A stretch of DNA of 64,000 nt from Octopus vulgaris (Eukaryota). Where the stretch lies: contig OX597822.1 in the NCBI GenBank assembly GCA_951406725.2, forward strand, positions 81,778,001 through 81,842,000, read 5' to 3'. Positions within the stretch are counted from its first letter, which is position 1. Every line of letters begins with the position of its first letter. The translations under genes were made by a program, and so were the position numbers. Shown in pieces: positions 25,252-39,541 of the stretch. The notes beneath the pieces were generated by a model that did no database searches, was not told where the DNA came from, and saw only the letters and a program-made list of their open reading frames with translations.

Positions 25252-27057
25252 TATGTTTACTTTGTAAACAAATAATACAATATTACAAGCGTTTTGTAAG
25301 CATTTCATAATGTTTCTTTCTTTACTGGAAACTTTCCGCGTACCGGCAGCTGATGGCTCGCGGGCCAGTACCAGTCCACTGACCACCACTTTGAGTAGCA
25401 CTGGTGTAGAGGATGCTGCAGATGTAATGGAGAAGGGAAAATGAAGAGGAAATATATCTGCGACCGAAAGGAATTAGGGGATCACAGCAACTAAACTACC
25501 ACTAGTTACCTCAAATCCTTGCTTCTAACTTTTGCTATTTGTTTTACTTTTAGTATGTTTCTGTTTTTTTTTTTCATTCATTCTACATAATTTTGTGTAT
25601 TCTTAGGCCCTAATTTTGTGATTTTAAAAAAAAAATAATTGCTGTTTGACTTCTTTTCCATTGCTAACGTCTTTGGGAAAATGTTGGAGCATATCTATCT
25701 TATATTTCGTATTCTAAAAACCTATTTTAAAATTCTCGTGTACATACTGGAAAGAGAAGCAAAAGAAATCTATATGAAATGTATTTAGTGCTAGAAAATA
25801 AAAACATAACAAGAAAGATTCATCCATATGTTAGAGAGGAGGCTTTTCATAATAAATATGGTGTGAGAAATATATAAAAATGAAAAATAAAAATGTAAAT
25901 TTTTTTTTATGGAAGAATAATTCCAATTAGAACGAAAGTCTAAAAGAGCTAATGGGGTTCTCTTAATAATTTTCACAATAACGATAATAGTGATGATGGT
26001 GGTGGTGTTGGTGGTGGTGGTGGTAGTGGTGGTTGCTGATGGTGGTGGTTCTTTCTAATTTTGGCCTAAGGCCAGTAATTTTGAGGAGAGGAGGTGTGCT
26101 TGATTGGTACTTCATTTTATCCCCCATCCAACCACACACACACACACACTGCAAAAGGATGAAAGGCAAAGTTGACCTTGGCATGAGGTTCTGACCTTGG
26201 CAGGAAGAAATGCCACTAAGCATTTTCTCTGATGTGCTAATGATTCTGTCAGCTCCCCACAACAGCAACATGTTCATATGACTTCTTAATATATTCTTCA
26301 CTTGAGCAGCCAAGTGTGGCAGTGTATGAAACATTCAAGACACAAATGTCATTTTACTTCAATTCCATAACCAACATTTATTTCTTCTTGCTCTTTTTCT
26401 TCTTCTTCTCTTGTCTGTTTTATTTTTAGGCTGTTCAAAGCTAACAAGAGGAGAATAAGTTTTAACAAGACATGTTTCAATTTTCAAGTAGTTGTTTAGC
26501 CTCAGTTTAGCCATGATCAAGCCAGCTCACAATCAAAGACAATCCAGCAATGACTATTCTATCTTTTTCCTATGTACAGCGAATCCAATTTGATGAAAAT
26601 TTGACTGCTATTTCTAGCAGGTTGAATGACTTCATAAGTAGTTTCTCCCCTTGCTGTCTCAGCTTTACATAAGTAGTCAAGTGTGGTGTTGTGTGAATCC
26701 AGACAACAAATAAAGATATTTTTAGTTCAAATACAGAACAAATGTTATTTTAAAAATACTTTATGATGTGCAACACAGCGTGAATTAAAAGGGTTGAAAA
26801 GAATTCAGATTCAGTGTATCCTTTCTGGTTTAAGGATGTGATTTAAGGAAGAGTTAGCTGCTATTTCTAGCAAGACGATCAACCACCTTAAGTTTCCTCA
26901 TTTGCACAGGTCTTGCTTCTAGGTTACACCGTTGAATCCTGTCATGTTTAACCTTTTAGCTTTCATGTTATTCTGCCAAATGTATTGCCCATTTATTCAC
27001 ATTGTTTTGAATTAATCACTCATTATTTTGTAGCTTGAAAACTTCAATGGCATACTC

Positions 27058-27670
27058 TCTCTCTTTTACTTGTCATTTGACTGTGGCCATACTGGAACAC
27101 TGCCTTTAGTTGAGCAAATCGACCCCAGGACTTATTCTTTGTAAGCCTAGTACTTATTTTATCGGTCTCTTTTGCCGAACCACTAAGTTATGCGGACATA
27201 AACACACCAGCATCGGTTGTTAAGCAATGTTGGGGGGACAAACACACATACATACATACATATATATACACATATACAACGGGCTTCTTTCAGTTTCCGT
27301 CTACCAAGGAGTGGCTGTGTGGCAAGTAGCTTGCTTACGAACCACATTGTTCTGGTTTCAGTCCCCCTGCATGGCACCTTGGGCAAGTGTCTTCTACTAT
27401 AGCCTCAGGCCAACCAAAGCCTTGTGAGTGGATTTGGTTGACAGAAACTGTAAGAAGCCCATCATGTATATATGTGTGTGTGTCTGTCCACCCACCATCA
27501 CTTGACAACCGATGTTGGTGTGTTTACGTCCTCATAACTTAGCGGTTCAGCACAAGAGACTGATAGGATAAATACTAGGCTTACAAAAGAATGTCGTGGG
27601 GTTGATTTGTGCGACTAAATGTGGTACTCCAGCATGGCCACAGTCAAATGACTGAAACAAATAAAAAAAT
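27058..27670. mobile_element. Head-to-head inverted pair of S1 SINEs
   Basis: 27058-27306 is a 5'-truncated minus copy that abuts a near full-length plus copy starting AGGAGTGGCTGTGTGG at about 27307. Confidence 0.8.
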
Positions 27671-28779
27671 AAACAGACAGACAGACACACATTTTCATAC
27701 ATGTGTATTCATACATATGTATATATGATTTTTTTTCTGCGTTTTGTCTTGTGGGATTTAAAGCAATAACAAAACAAATCTCTCACACACACATTTAGCA
27801 TATCATTGATACATACATCCTCATTACATTAAATCCTTTTTAATGCTATTTAGGATTATGTCTTGCAATCAATACTCTCTATTTGTAACCTTGATTATGC
27901 ATCTCACATTTGCCTACAGCTCCCATTAACTTTACAATGTCGTTGATGAGTACTGCAGATTTCTTAATTCAATATTACAAGGTAACAGTTGCTATTTTTT
28001 ATTGTTGTTGTTTAGTCTGAGATCTGCTTTGATCCTGTAAATCTACATTCAAAATTCTTCCCATCGTGATTATCCCATGTTATTTTCGGATATAATGTTG
28101 TCTTGGATGTCATTATTTTCTTGGTCCTTTATTTTTAAAAGATGATAGTGTGTTATTTGGTGGATATTTTACTGCTATTTCTAGCACTTCATACACCTAT
28201 GTATAGACTTCCTCGTTATTGTTATTGTTTAGCACCAGATTAGCTTGATTCAATGGGTCTATAATCAAGGTCATCCTTATTCTGTATTATTTTCAGTGTT
28301 TCCCAGGACAACATTATCTGGCATGTCTGTCATTGCTTTAAGATATTAAGGGTGTTATTCGAGGGAGATTTGACTGCTATTTGTATCTGTTCCAAGAACC
28401 GTGTTGAACAATGTGTCTGTCTTTTTTAAAACAGTAGGGTATCATTTGTAAGATTTGGCTGTTATTTCTGTCTGATCCAACATCCATGTCAAAGCTCCCA
28501 TGTTGGTCCTCTTCTTTTGTTATTGTTGTCACTTAACCCCATGTCAACCTTGATTGAGGGAACTTATGATCAGAAGCACTCCAAATAGACCCACCCTGTC
28601 CTTATGTACAAGGAACACAGACCCACAAAATCCCAAGGGACTTTTTTTAAGACCGTAGGGTGTAATTTCACAAAACTTATTTCTAGCAGGTCAAACAACC
28701 ATTTAGAAGCTCCCAATACTGTCTCTAATAGGTTATAAATAAAAGGTTTAAATTCCCAGTTTCTGTAATGTATATATTT

Positions 28780-29140
28780 TTTTCCCCCAAGTCCATCACA
28801 GGAGTACCAAAGGTGAATGTACTGTACATAGAATTATGTAGAAAGTGGACAGTGTATGAGTCATGAAGTGGGGGGGGGATATCAGGTGTAGTGTTGGCGA
28901 ACTTCAGGAAGCATGGAGGTTTTAAAGGATGCAATGTCTTGACAGCTAACAACTGATGCAGGTAGTTTGTTCCATGCTTCAGCATTCCTGAGTGTGAAAA
29001 TATGTTTTCAAAAGTCATGGGAGCTGTGCTGTTTTCTGACTTTGTAGGCATGCCCACATGTGTGTTAGACACATGGAGCTCAAAAAGGTGCTCCAGGCGG
29101 TTGTTGGCACAATGGCTAATAATTTTGTAGGTATTTTGCA
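28780..29140 (-). mobile_element. CR1-type LINE 3' end remnant
   Basis: Minus strand: TYKIISH...HLFELHVSNT/AYKVRKQHSSHDF*KHIFTLRNAEAWNKLPASVVSCQDIASFKTSML, matching the CR1 FFxxRVVxxWNxLP..VV......FK motif. Confidence 0.75.
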
Positions 29141-30002
29141 AGTTAGTTGCCAGACATTGGAGTGTCCATCTGTAGAAACCATGCTAAAGCAGATATTGGA
29201 CTTCAGCACAGTCATCTGGCTCTTCAGCTTCTTTCAAACTGTCCAACCCATACCAGTATAGAAAAGGGACATTAAAGGGCGATGATAATGATGGACAAAA
29301 TACTTCATATTATTTAGTTACACCTCTTTACATTCTACATTCAAACCTTGCTGAGGTCAGCTCTCAATTTTCATCCTTCTAAGAATTCTTAGAATAATAT
29401 CCCAATGAAGAACCGGCATTGGTTCTATTGACTCTATCACTTCCATATTCATTTCTGATCTTGCATCAAAGGTAGAAGTCAGTCTTCAATTCATTATTCT
29501 TCTTATTACTGTTGCAGAATCAGTAAAACAGCTGATAAATTACTTTTAGTGGAATCCGTTTTCCAACCTTTCCATTCTGAGATCTGATTCTGCTGCTGCA
29601 GATTTTACCCTTTCATCTCCTTGGAATGATACAGACACACATACATGCATATATCTATAAATATATATATATATAAAAGCATATAGAAGTGCAAATCTAT
29701 TTCTCTTTCTCTCCCTCTCTCTTTCTCTTTATATATAATTATTATATATTTATATATTTGTATGCCAAAGTAGACAGTGGAGCTTGGTGCAGTCTTCCGG
29801 CTTATCAGCTCCTGTAAAACCATCCAATCCATTCCAGCATGGAAAGCAGCTGTTAATCGATGATAATGATGTATGTGTATGTGCCATCCATCCATCCATC
29901 CAAGAATTGTGCAAAGACACCAGACATGTTAAATGCTGTCTGAGCTACTTTCATTGCATGAAACTAATAGTAGCTCATAAAAATATATATTGTGTTTATA
30001 AA

Positions 30003-30072
<70 letters not shown>

Positions 30073-30999
30073 TCAGTAAAATTTAGATTCAGTTGAATAT
30101 GGTACTTAAGTTAAAGGCACCAGAATTTAGTATGGTATTATCTATATAATTCAAAATGGGGTGATTGTTCAATTAAATAGTTGCATGAAACGATCGTACT
30201 GCATTGCTTCTGGATATCCTTGTTGCTTATTTTGATATATATATATATATATAAATTATAATATGTATATATATAATATAATATGCATGCACACACACAC
30301 ACAGTCACTTCCTTGTCTTTGTCAGCATTGTATGTCATGCGATGTACCTACATTGTAATGTTGTCATAGCTTAATATTTTCTCAATATACTTTCATGGTT
30401 TCCTGCCACAGAAAGTACTCATTGTTTTGCATTATGAGTTCAAATCCTACTGCAGTCCACTTCACTTCCCATCCTTTCAGAGTCATTCAAATAAAGTACT
30501 GACCAATCACTAGAGTTGAGGTAATTGCCTTTGCGGTATTTAGTTACATCCCTTTGCCAAATGAATTCCTATCCTGTTGATATCCAATTCCTATAAAATC
30601 CACAGTTTTACTTGCTGGGTTCAAATACTGTTGGGATCATTTTTATCTTACATCTTAGGATGATTAAATGACTGATGAATAAGATTAATGTTATTCATGT
30701 ACTTAAAAGTCAATGGCTGTTGTTTAGATGTTTGCTTTGCAACTACACAGTTCCGTGTTTGATCCCATGATGTGCCAACTTGGATAAATATCTTCTACCA
30801 CAGTCTTGTAATATCTTAGGAATAATTTTGGAAGATGGAAACTGTGCCAAATCCTGTTTTGTATTCTATTTATTTATTTACTTACTTATTTATTTCTGTG
30901 TTTGTTTGAAAGAACAAGATTTGTGGATACCAAAATAAAGCATTCACTGATTTAGAAGGTATTGTTCTGTATTTTCTTTGAGTGAGTTTCACAATGTTA

Positions 31000-31381
31000 G
31001 TTTTGTTTCGATTAGAATGCACCATAATATATGCCTGTGTGTGTTTGCGCGAGAGAGAGAGAGAAAGGATGAGTGTGTGTGTGTGAGAGAGAGAAATGGT
31101 GAGAGAGAAAGTGTGTGTGTCTGAGAGAAAGAGGGTGAGTGTGTGTGTGAGTGTGTATGTGTGTGTGAGAGAGAAAGTGTGTGTGCATGTCTGTGTGAAA
31201 AAGAGGAGTGTGTGTGTGTGTGTGTAAGAGAGAGAGACTTTGTGCATGAGGAAGTGTGTGAGTTGGGGGGGAGAAGAGGAGTGTGTGTATGTGAGAGAGA
31301 GAGAAAGAGAGAGACTGCATGAGAAAGTGTGTGTGTTTGTATATGAGAAAGAGAGAAAGAGAGAGACAGTGAATGGTAAAA

Positions 31382-31415
<34 letters not shown>

Positions 31416-31440
31416 AGAGTGTTATGTGTGTGCTTGTTTA
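31000..31440. repeat. Compound (GA)n/(GT)n microsatellite field
   Basis: Directly visible alternating GA and GT tracts. Confidence 0.85.
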
Positions 31441-31920
31441 TATTGATGTACTCAGTGCAGTGAACAAAAGTATCACTGAGTTACATCCCTTTATGCTAAG
31501 GTGGACTTAGTCATTCAATGAATAGCAACCAATAACATAATTACCAGACTAAATATTGAGGCCAATATAATTCGATTAAAGCCCTTGAAACTAGCATCAA
31601 GGGCAGGGCAGGGTAAGGCAGGGCAGGGCAGGGCTGCAGTCAAAACAAGCAAGTAAAAGAAAGGACTAAAGGAAGTGTACTTTTGTATACAAACATACTT
31701 GTACACATTATGAATGTGTGTGTGTTTGCTTATATGCACTGAAGTGAATCAGTATAGAGTTTCCTATGTGTGTATGTGTTCTCCTGTCTATGTACTAGTG
31801 TTTGTATATTTTCACATATACAAACATATAATATACATATAATTTATATATACATATTATAATTTATATATATATATATTATATACATAATTTATATATA
31901 TATGTTGATGTGTATGTACC

Positions 31921-31959
<39 letters not shown>

Positions 31960-32556
31960 CTAATTATGTACAACAATAACTTTGTGTCTGCATGTTTGCG
32001 TTTCATAATGTGTTAGTGTGTGAATAAAAAGAATATTTTGTGCTCTTCTTTGTCACTAAATTTTTACATATTCACGTGATATTTGATTGTGTAATAGACT
32101 TGGTCGCACACACATACAGTCACATTTTTTTACATCGTTTTTGTTTTTTCCTTTTTCTGTAACCTTTGCCACTGAAATGGTAGATACTACTGGAATTACC
32201 AAGGAAACCTGATGTAAGATGATGCAGTTATGTTGTTACATTAACATGCACCTGTCTTTTCCTGGAACAAAATGGATCACTGGGAAGTGGTGGCAAGTGG
32301 AAGCTTGCATTAATAAACATTGGCTGAAGTGTTCCCCACACAACTCTATACCTTTCAACAGAAGAAAACTAGTAGCTGTGTGTGTGTGTGTATGTGTGTG
32401 CTGTAGATTTGTCTATCCCAAATCTACATACCTACCTTTCCTACCTACCTACCTACATTCCCACATAGATAAATCTGTTCATTATCTGTTTATTTATAAC
32501 TCTTTTTATCCCTCTATCTCGTGTGTGCAGGGAGGGTGTGTGTGTATGTATATATA

Positions 32557-33503
32557 TTGGGTCATCCCATAAATAATGAGTTTTTTTTTATACTGCTTTT
32601 ATTTTTCAAAATTAAGACAAACCGAGTTCTTTTTTAATCTAAAATATATTCTCCATCATTTTCTACAATGTTCTTCCATTTATCTGGTAGACTTACAAGG
32701 CACTTCTTCCAAAATTCACAGGCCTGTGACGAAAAATACTCCTCCACTACTGTTCTGACCTCATCTACAGAATTAATACTTTTTCCATCCAAATGATTTT
32801 GAAGACTGTGGAATAAATGATAATCAGATGGTACAGTGTCCGGCGAATATGGTGGGTGGGGCATCATTTTCCATTCAAACTGCTCCAGCCTTTCGAATGC
32901 CATCCTTGTTGTATGTGGCCAAGCATTATCCTGATGGAAGAATGTCTTTCATCTTTGAACCAAAGATGGTCATTTTTCTTCTAGCGCTGACTTAAGCCGC
33001 TCAAGTTACTCACAGTAGATCTCTTTTATTATCATTTGGTTTGGTTTTAAAAGTTCAAAGTGGACTAAACCTTTCATATCCCACCAAACAGATAACAACA
33101 TCTTACATGGGTGAAAACCTTCTTTAGCCTAGGGTGTCTGTGTTTCTCCTTTCCCTACTTGCTGTCTTCAGCGCTTGACATTTTTATAGAGAACCCATTT
33201 CTCATCACCAGTCACTATTCGGTCCAAAAAAGGTTCATTCGTGAGACATGGCAGCAAAGCAGAGCGCACATTCACTCTCTGCGTGCGATTAGACTCAGAA
33301 AGTTTGTGAGGAACACATTGACCCAATTTGCTGACTTTACCAATGGCACGCAGGTGTCGATGAATGGTTGAATGACCAAATCCAAGCTTCTCTGCTAATT
33401 CCTCAACAGTTACAATGGAATTTTGTTCCACCAGGGTTTGCAGGACATCCTTGTTGAGAACTACAGGTCTTCCAGGACATGGCTCATCTTTTAGACTGTA
33501 GTA
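32557..33503 (-). mobile_element. Decayed mariner (DD34D) transposon, 5'-truncated
   Basis: Minus strand gives TVEELAEKLG...VPHKLS...IVTGDEKWVLY...LSVWWDMKG...FFHQDNAWPHT...HPPYSPDTVPSDYHLF...ENDGEYILD*, with in-frame stops. The TIR TTGGGTCATCCCATAAATAATG begins after a TA at 32557. Confidence 0.92.
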
Positions 33504-34826
33504 GAACTGAACCTGAAACCAACTGATTGTAAAGCAAGCTTCTTAACCATGCCTGTGCCTATGTGTGTGTGTATTTCCACTTATCTACCTGCCTATCTAC
33601 CCATCCACCCTGTCTCCTATTGTGTTTATGTTGCTCTTGAGTTGTATTAATGTGCATTCATCTCCCTTGAGACAATTTAGGTTACATAGGAAGTTGTTTA
33701 GCTCAGCCCAGCCCAGCCCTGATTAATCTAAAACATTCTAGGCATGACCATCTAGAACTGTAGAATATTATGTGTCCTTCCTGTTCCATAAAGAAGTAGA
33801 GTGCAATTTGACAAAGTTATGACTGTTATTTCTAGTTGTTTTGATGGCCACATAAACACTTCACTTATCATATGGAAAGTAAACAAGAGGTGGTTTAGGG
33901 GTGTAATGATAAACATTACAATAGCTGGCTAAGGTTACAGACCCAAGGTTAGAAACTGAAATTTCTGGTTAGATTACAACTTCCTTTCCCACCATTATCA
34001 ATTTTGAATAAGGGGGAAATCTCTATGTGGTCACACAGACTGCATGTAGTAGTAGCCAAACCGTCATCAAATCTCACTCAGCTACCTTGGAAATGAGACA
34101 CATTGAATAATATAGTTGCAAGTACAGTGTCCTTAAAAAGAGACTGGATGGTCATGGTAAGAATGCCTTTGATCACAGGTCAGTTTGATCAGTGTTGTGC
34201 TGGGGCTAACAACTAGTTTTGAATCTTTATACGTAATTAGCCAGATTACTTTTTATAAACATACTTCTTACCTCTCTCTCTCCCTCCCTATTCTCCTATT
34301 CCTCTCACACTCTCTCCCCCCATAATCTCCCTTTCTCCATGGGTATTTATTTCTTATATCATCTATCTGTTCATTTTCATTTTGTGTGTTTTACAGCTTA
34401 TAATAATAATAATAATAATAATAATCATTGTTTAATGTCTGCTTTCCATGCTGGCATGGGTTGGACAGTTTGACTAAGGACTGGTGAGCCAGAAGGCTGC
34501 ACCAGGCTCAATCTGATCTGGCAAAGTTTCTACAGCTGGATGCCCTTCTCAACGCCAACCAGTCCGAGAGTGAAGTGGGTGCTTTTTCATGCCACCAGTA
34601 TGAAGGCTGGTCCGGTGGCACTGGCAATGACCATGCTCTAATGTTGTTTTTCAGATGCCACCGGCACACGTGCCAGTAAGGTGACACTGGCAATGATCAT
34701 GCTCGAATGGTGCTTTTCACGTGCCACCTGCACAGGAACGAATGTGTGGCCATGGCAACAATAATAATAATGATAAAATTATTGTGTATAGCGCTTGTTC
34801 CTCTGCGCATCTGTTTGCCTATCAAA

Positions 34827-34900
<74 letters not shown>

Positions 34901-35570
34901 ATGTGCACATATCAATCCATTTCTTTATCCTTCCATCCTTCCTTTGTGTATTGCTATTTAAGTTCCTGTTTGTGCCTCTATCTTATTAGACTTTGTAGCT
35001 TCACCCACCCCAGCACCACCACACTCTATTGACCTACAAATTAGTATTACATCATAGCTGACACCAATATCACAATTGATCTGATCTCTTACCTATACAT
35101 CAAGACATCCGATAATCGTTCTGTCCACTCAGGTTATTGTTTTGTTTGTGTACATGTCTCTTCTTACATATTCATGTCAACACACTTGTATGAACATGTA
35201 CGGGGTGGCATCAAAAAGTTCCCGTATTTACCGGTGGCACGTAAAAGCACCCACTACACTCTTGGAGTGGCTGGCGTTAGGAAGGGCATGCAGCTGTAGA
35301 AACTCTTCCAGATCAGATTGGAGTCTGGTGTAGCCATGCTAGCATGGAAAACAGACGTTAAACGATGATGATGATGATGATATATATATATATATATATA
35401 TAGGAATTCCCTGTGATATAGATGTAATGTGTTTCTGAAAAACTTGCTGTAACATAAAATTCTATGATGCAAATTTCCCATTGATTTTCATGTTATATAG
35501 TGAGTGCTGATGCATGCTAACAGACGAAGGGAAAAACCCAACAAAAACAAGCAACATGACCACTTTTATA

Positions 35571-35986
35571 CTTTTTTACTCTTTTACTTGTTTCAGTCAT
35601 TTGACTGCGTCCATGCTGGAGCACCACCTTTAGTTGAGCAAATCGACCCCAGGACTTATTCTTTGTAAACCTAGTACTTATTCTATCGGCCTCTTTTGCC
35701 AAACCGCTAAGTCATGGGGACGTAAACACACGGTTGTCAAGCGATATTGGGGGAACAAACACAGACACAAACATATACACTCATACATATATATATATAT
35801 ATATATATATACATACATATATACGACAGGCTTCTTCCATTTTCCATCTACCAAATCCACTCACAAGGCTTTGGTCGGCCCGAGGCTATAGTAGAAGACA
35901 CTTGCCCAAGGTGCCACGCAGTGGGAATGAACCCGGAACCATGTGGTTGGTAAGCAAGCTACTTACCACACAGCCACTTCTGTGCC
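35571..35986 (-). mobile_element. SINE family S1 copy (young)
   Basis: Full-length reverse complement of S1 with CpGs largely retained. Confidence 0.85.
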
Positions 35987-36829
35987 TACTTGAAAATAAT
36001 TTCTAAACATGCACAGTTTAATATGTATAAATAGACACATTGAAAGAAATATGTTTGGGAATAAGAATTTCAATGAGGTACATTGTTACCACAAAGGATG
36101 CTATCTACCGTCTGTGGTGAAAGTAGATGACAGAATGGGAATTACTGGAGGATGGGTGCAGATGAAGATGCTATTCTCTATCTTAGGGTTTACCTTCATC
36201 ATCAACTTCTATTTGAGGGGTGAAAAACTTATCCAAAATTCTTAGTATATTGGACATTGTCTCTTTGTACAGGTCAGTGTATGAACTGATATCATCATAT
36301 ACACCTCTTGTAATTTTTATTTTCCATGCCGGTGACACATAAAAGACACCCAGTACACTCTGTAGAGTGGTTGGTGTTAGGAAGGGCATCCAGCCATAGA
36401 GACCAAGCCAAGACAGACAATTGGAACCCGGTGCAGCTCTGACATATCAGCTCTGGTCAAACCGTCTAACCCATGCCAGCATGGAAAACGGACGTTAAGT
36501 GATGATGATGATGATTCACAATCAAGGTTGTTTGCCAAGTTTTGCAAATATTCCTCTATAAGTACCAACCCTTTTGCAAGTCACTTGTTGCTATGGTGTA
36601 TACTTAATTAAATTCAATTAATTAAAATTTCAAAGTTATCTTCTCTGCTTTTTTAAATTATTTAGTTTTTGTTCTTTTACCAGAATTAAAAAGTCATTAA
36701 GATAATGATTACTCTTGTGACTAAAAGTGTTAATGAAAGTAATTAAAATTTCCTGGCTTACTACTTCAAATTTCCTAGTGTCCAGCAGATTTCCATAGGT
36801 ATGCTTCCTCAGTCATTCTTACACACACA

Positions 36830-36885
<56 letters not shown>

Positions 36886-38432
36886 TATGCTCTCTTGTAT
36901 GTGTGTGTGTGTGTGTGTGTAATATTCATGCCCTAGTAGTGTACTCCCTCTTCCAATATGCTCTTACTCTGCCTATTTCTACCCTTTTATAACTACCCCT
37001 ACTTTGTCTTGTTCATTAGTTCCTACACTTAGCACCCTACCCAATCCTTTCACCCCCAAGTACTGCAGTGCTTTCAAAACACCCCTGTGCCTATGCTATT
37101 AGTGTCATAAGTGCTTCTTTCAATTAAATGGTGTCTAATCTTATTTGGCTTGCTTAATGTGTGTGCCTGCATGCACTTATGCTTTTGTATTTTATATATA
37201 TATATATATAGGTGACTGAAATTTCATGTGTTAAGCCAGATTAGCACAGATTCCTAATATTTATTAAGTCCTTTCCTCGTTTCGCTTATTGTCAAGGTTA
37301 CATTCTTTTTAAAGATGCATCTTTTATCCCGTTTGTCTCTCTCAGCTCATCTCACTTCTTTCTTTCTTCACATCATTTCTCTTTCCATGCTTTTGACACA
37401 CCTTCAACATTCAATGCCCATGTTTTTACTTCCATGTTGTATATTGCAACCTATTATCTGCTTGCTGTGTATTAAGTTCTCCCATCGATTCACATATTGT
37501 CAAGGTTATGCTATTTTTGAAGTATATATTAATGTTCACACAGATTGAAGACGGTGGTTGTACGAGTCATGTCACTGATAATGTGTTGACAACTGTGTCG
37601 GCAGTTAGATCAATACTATATTATAAAACGAAAAATGTTGTTTTTGTTGTTTAACTCAAGGCAAGAGCTGCAGTGATCAAGAACATTCCAGTCATGACCA
37701 ATCCAATCATTTTTCCCCACTGTCTATATCTTGGGTGACTTTTCAAATGTGTCCTTCTGTTTAAGACAGTAATTCAGTAATGTGTGATTTGAGAAAATTT
37801 TGGCTGCTATTTCTTGCACGTACATATTCTTTTTCTCAGCTTTGTCAAAGGAAATGTGTTGATAGCTGTGAAAGCTCTTAAGTAATGCTTTTAGATCAAT
37901 ATAATATAAATTAATGTCATCATCATCATCATTTTACAGCTGTGTCTCCATCCTTGCATCATTTGATGTTGAAGCACAGCATCTCACTATGAACTGAGAC
38001 TTTTTACCATCTCCTTTTTCAGATTCAGCATCCTGAGATTAGCTTTTCCCTACCTCATCCCATATCTTTCTTGGTGTTCCTTTTCTGCAAATGGCTTCTA
38101 CTTGATTCACTCAACATTCCTTTATCCAAGTGTCATCTTCCCTATGCATCACATTTATCCAAATGAACTCATCCTGCTTTCTGTCACACAACATTTGATT
38201 CCCTTACAGCTGATTCTTCTCTCAGCTCATTTGTGCTTGGTCATTGATGCACAGTAACATGTCATACCCAGTAGCGAATAGCCATTTCGTTTCTTATCAC
38301 CTGTTACATGTCCTCCACATTTAATGTCCATGCTTCACTACCATGTATGCAAGCATGTACAATCTGTCATTCACTTGGAGAAGATCCATTCATTGCCATC
38401 AGAGATAAAAGTCCCTTGAACTTTTGCCACCT

Positions 38433-38690
38433 TTCTATATTTGAGAGATGAGGGATTATATACATTATTTACATTATCTACATTTGACAGATATTTGTCC
38501 TCATCTTGTTTGTTGTTAACAAAACGTTTTGGCTGAATAATAATAATAATAATAATAATACCTTAGGAATGAGAACCCAGGTTCGAAATTTCCCCAAGAC
38601 ACCTGATGAAGGCTGGAGTGTATATCAGCCGAAACGTTGTGTTAACAGCAAACAAGATGAGGACAAATATCCGTCAAATTTAAATAATGT
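38433..38690. mobile_element. Inverted pair of the hammerhead-bearing element H, inserted in the RTE remnant
   Basis: 38433-38536 is the reverse complement of the element's 3' part, and 38537-38690 is a plus copy starting in (AAT)n. The flanks TTTTGCCACCT (38422-38432) and TTTTTCCACCC (38691-38701) match at 9 of 11 positions, a probable target duplication. Confidence 0.8.
38598..38643 (+). ncRNA. Minimal type I hammerhead ribozyme with an intact canonical core
   Basis: GACAC-CTGATGA-A-GGCTG gagtgtatat CAGCC-GAAA-CG-TT-GTGTT. Stem I is 5 bp and stem II is 5 bp. Stem III is a loopless palindromic ACGU, as in dimer-type HHRs, with a GUU triplet. Confidence 0.75.
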
Positions 38691-39313
38691 TTTTTCCACC
38701 CTGTTTTAATCTGGCTACTATACTGGTGGAATACTATTTCCACTGCTAAATATGTTACCTAGTTAACAGAAATTAGCAGCTGCTTCTTGGGAGTCTTTCA
38801 AGCATTTAAAGTATTTATTTCATGGATACTCTTGCTACTAACTGCTCTTAGACATTTGCATACAAAGTCCTTCTGTGTCAGTCTGTCTGTGATTCCACTT
38901 TATGTCTTTCGCACTAATAGCATACATTGAATACACTGTATGAAATTTCAAGCTCCTACTCTTCTGTATATTGAGCAGCATTTCTCAGATGACAGCACAA
39001 TCTTGTCTCCTTTCTTGTTAACAAAAACCTCTGTGTTTATCACTATCATCATCATCATCATCATTTAACATCTGTTTTCCACACTGGTATGGGTTGGATA
39101 GTTTAACAGGTGCTGGTAAGGTCATGGGCCACACCAGGCTCCATGTTTGTTTTGGTTTGGTTTCTACAGCTGGGTGCCCTTCCTAATGCCAACCACTTTA
39201 CAGAGTGGCACTAGGTGCTTTTTACAAGGCACCAGCACCACTGCTTTACTAGATTTAACTTAATATTTCTTGATTCAAGGCTTCATTTCCATATTTGAAA
39301 GTTCTCAAATCCA

Positions 39314-39541
39314 TTAACCCTTTCATTACTGTATTTATTTTGAGATGCTCTGTGTTTCTTTCAATTACTTTAAATAGAACAACGAACTTGGTAAAATAAC
39401 TTGGTTATCATTAAGCTAATGTCAGGAACATAAATTGTGACTAAGGTTTGGTGGAAGATTTTATTTCAGAACTTATGAAAACAAGACATTTGTACTACCG
39501 AGCCAGGGATGGGTTCAGCTGGGTTGGTAATAAAGGGTTAA
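39314..39541 (-). mobile_element. piggyBac-type MITE, copy 3
   Basis: TTAA|CCCTTTCATTAC...GTAATAAAGGG|TTAA, the reverse complement of the 7.5-8.0 kb copies. Confidence 0.85.

Noticed and set aside
26395-26460. Strong polypyrimidine tract plus AG (also at about 2990)
   Set aside because: No convincing downstream donor or open frame, and such tracts are common in this T-rich DNA.
31601-31633. (GGGCA)n tract with G-quadruplex potential
   Set aside because: A short simple repeat with no supporting context for function.
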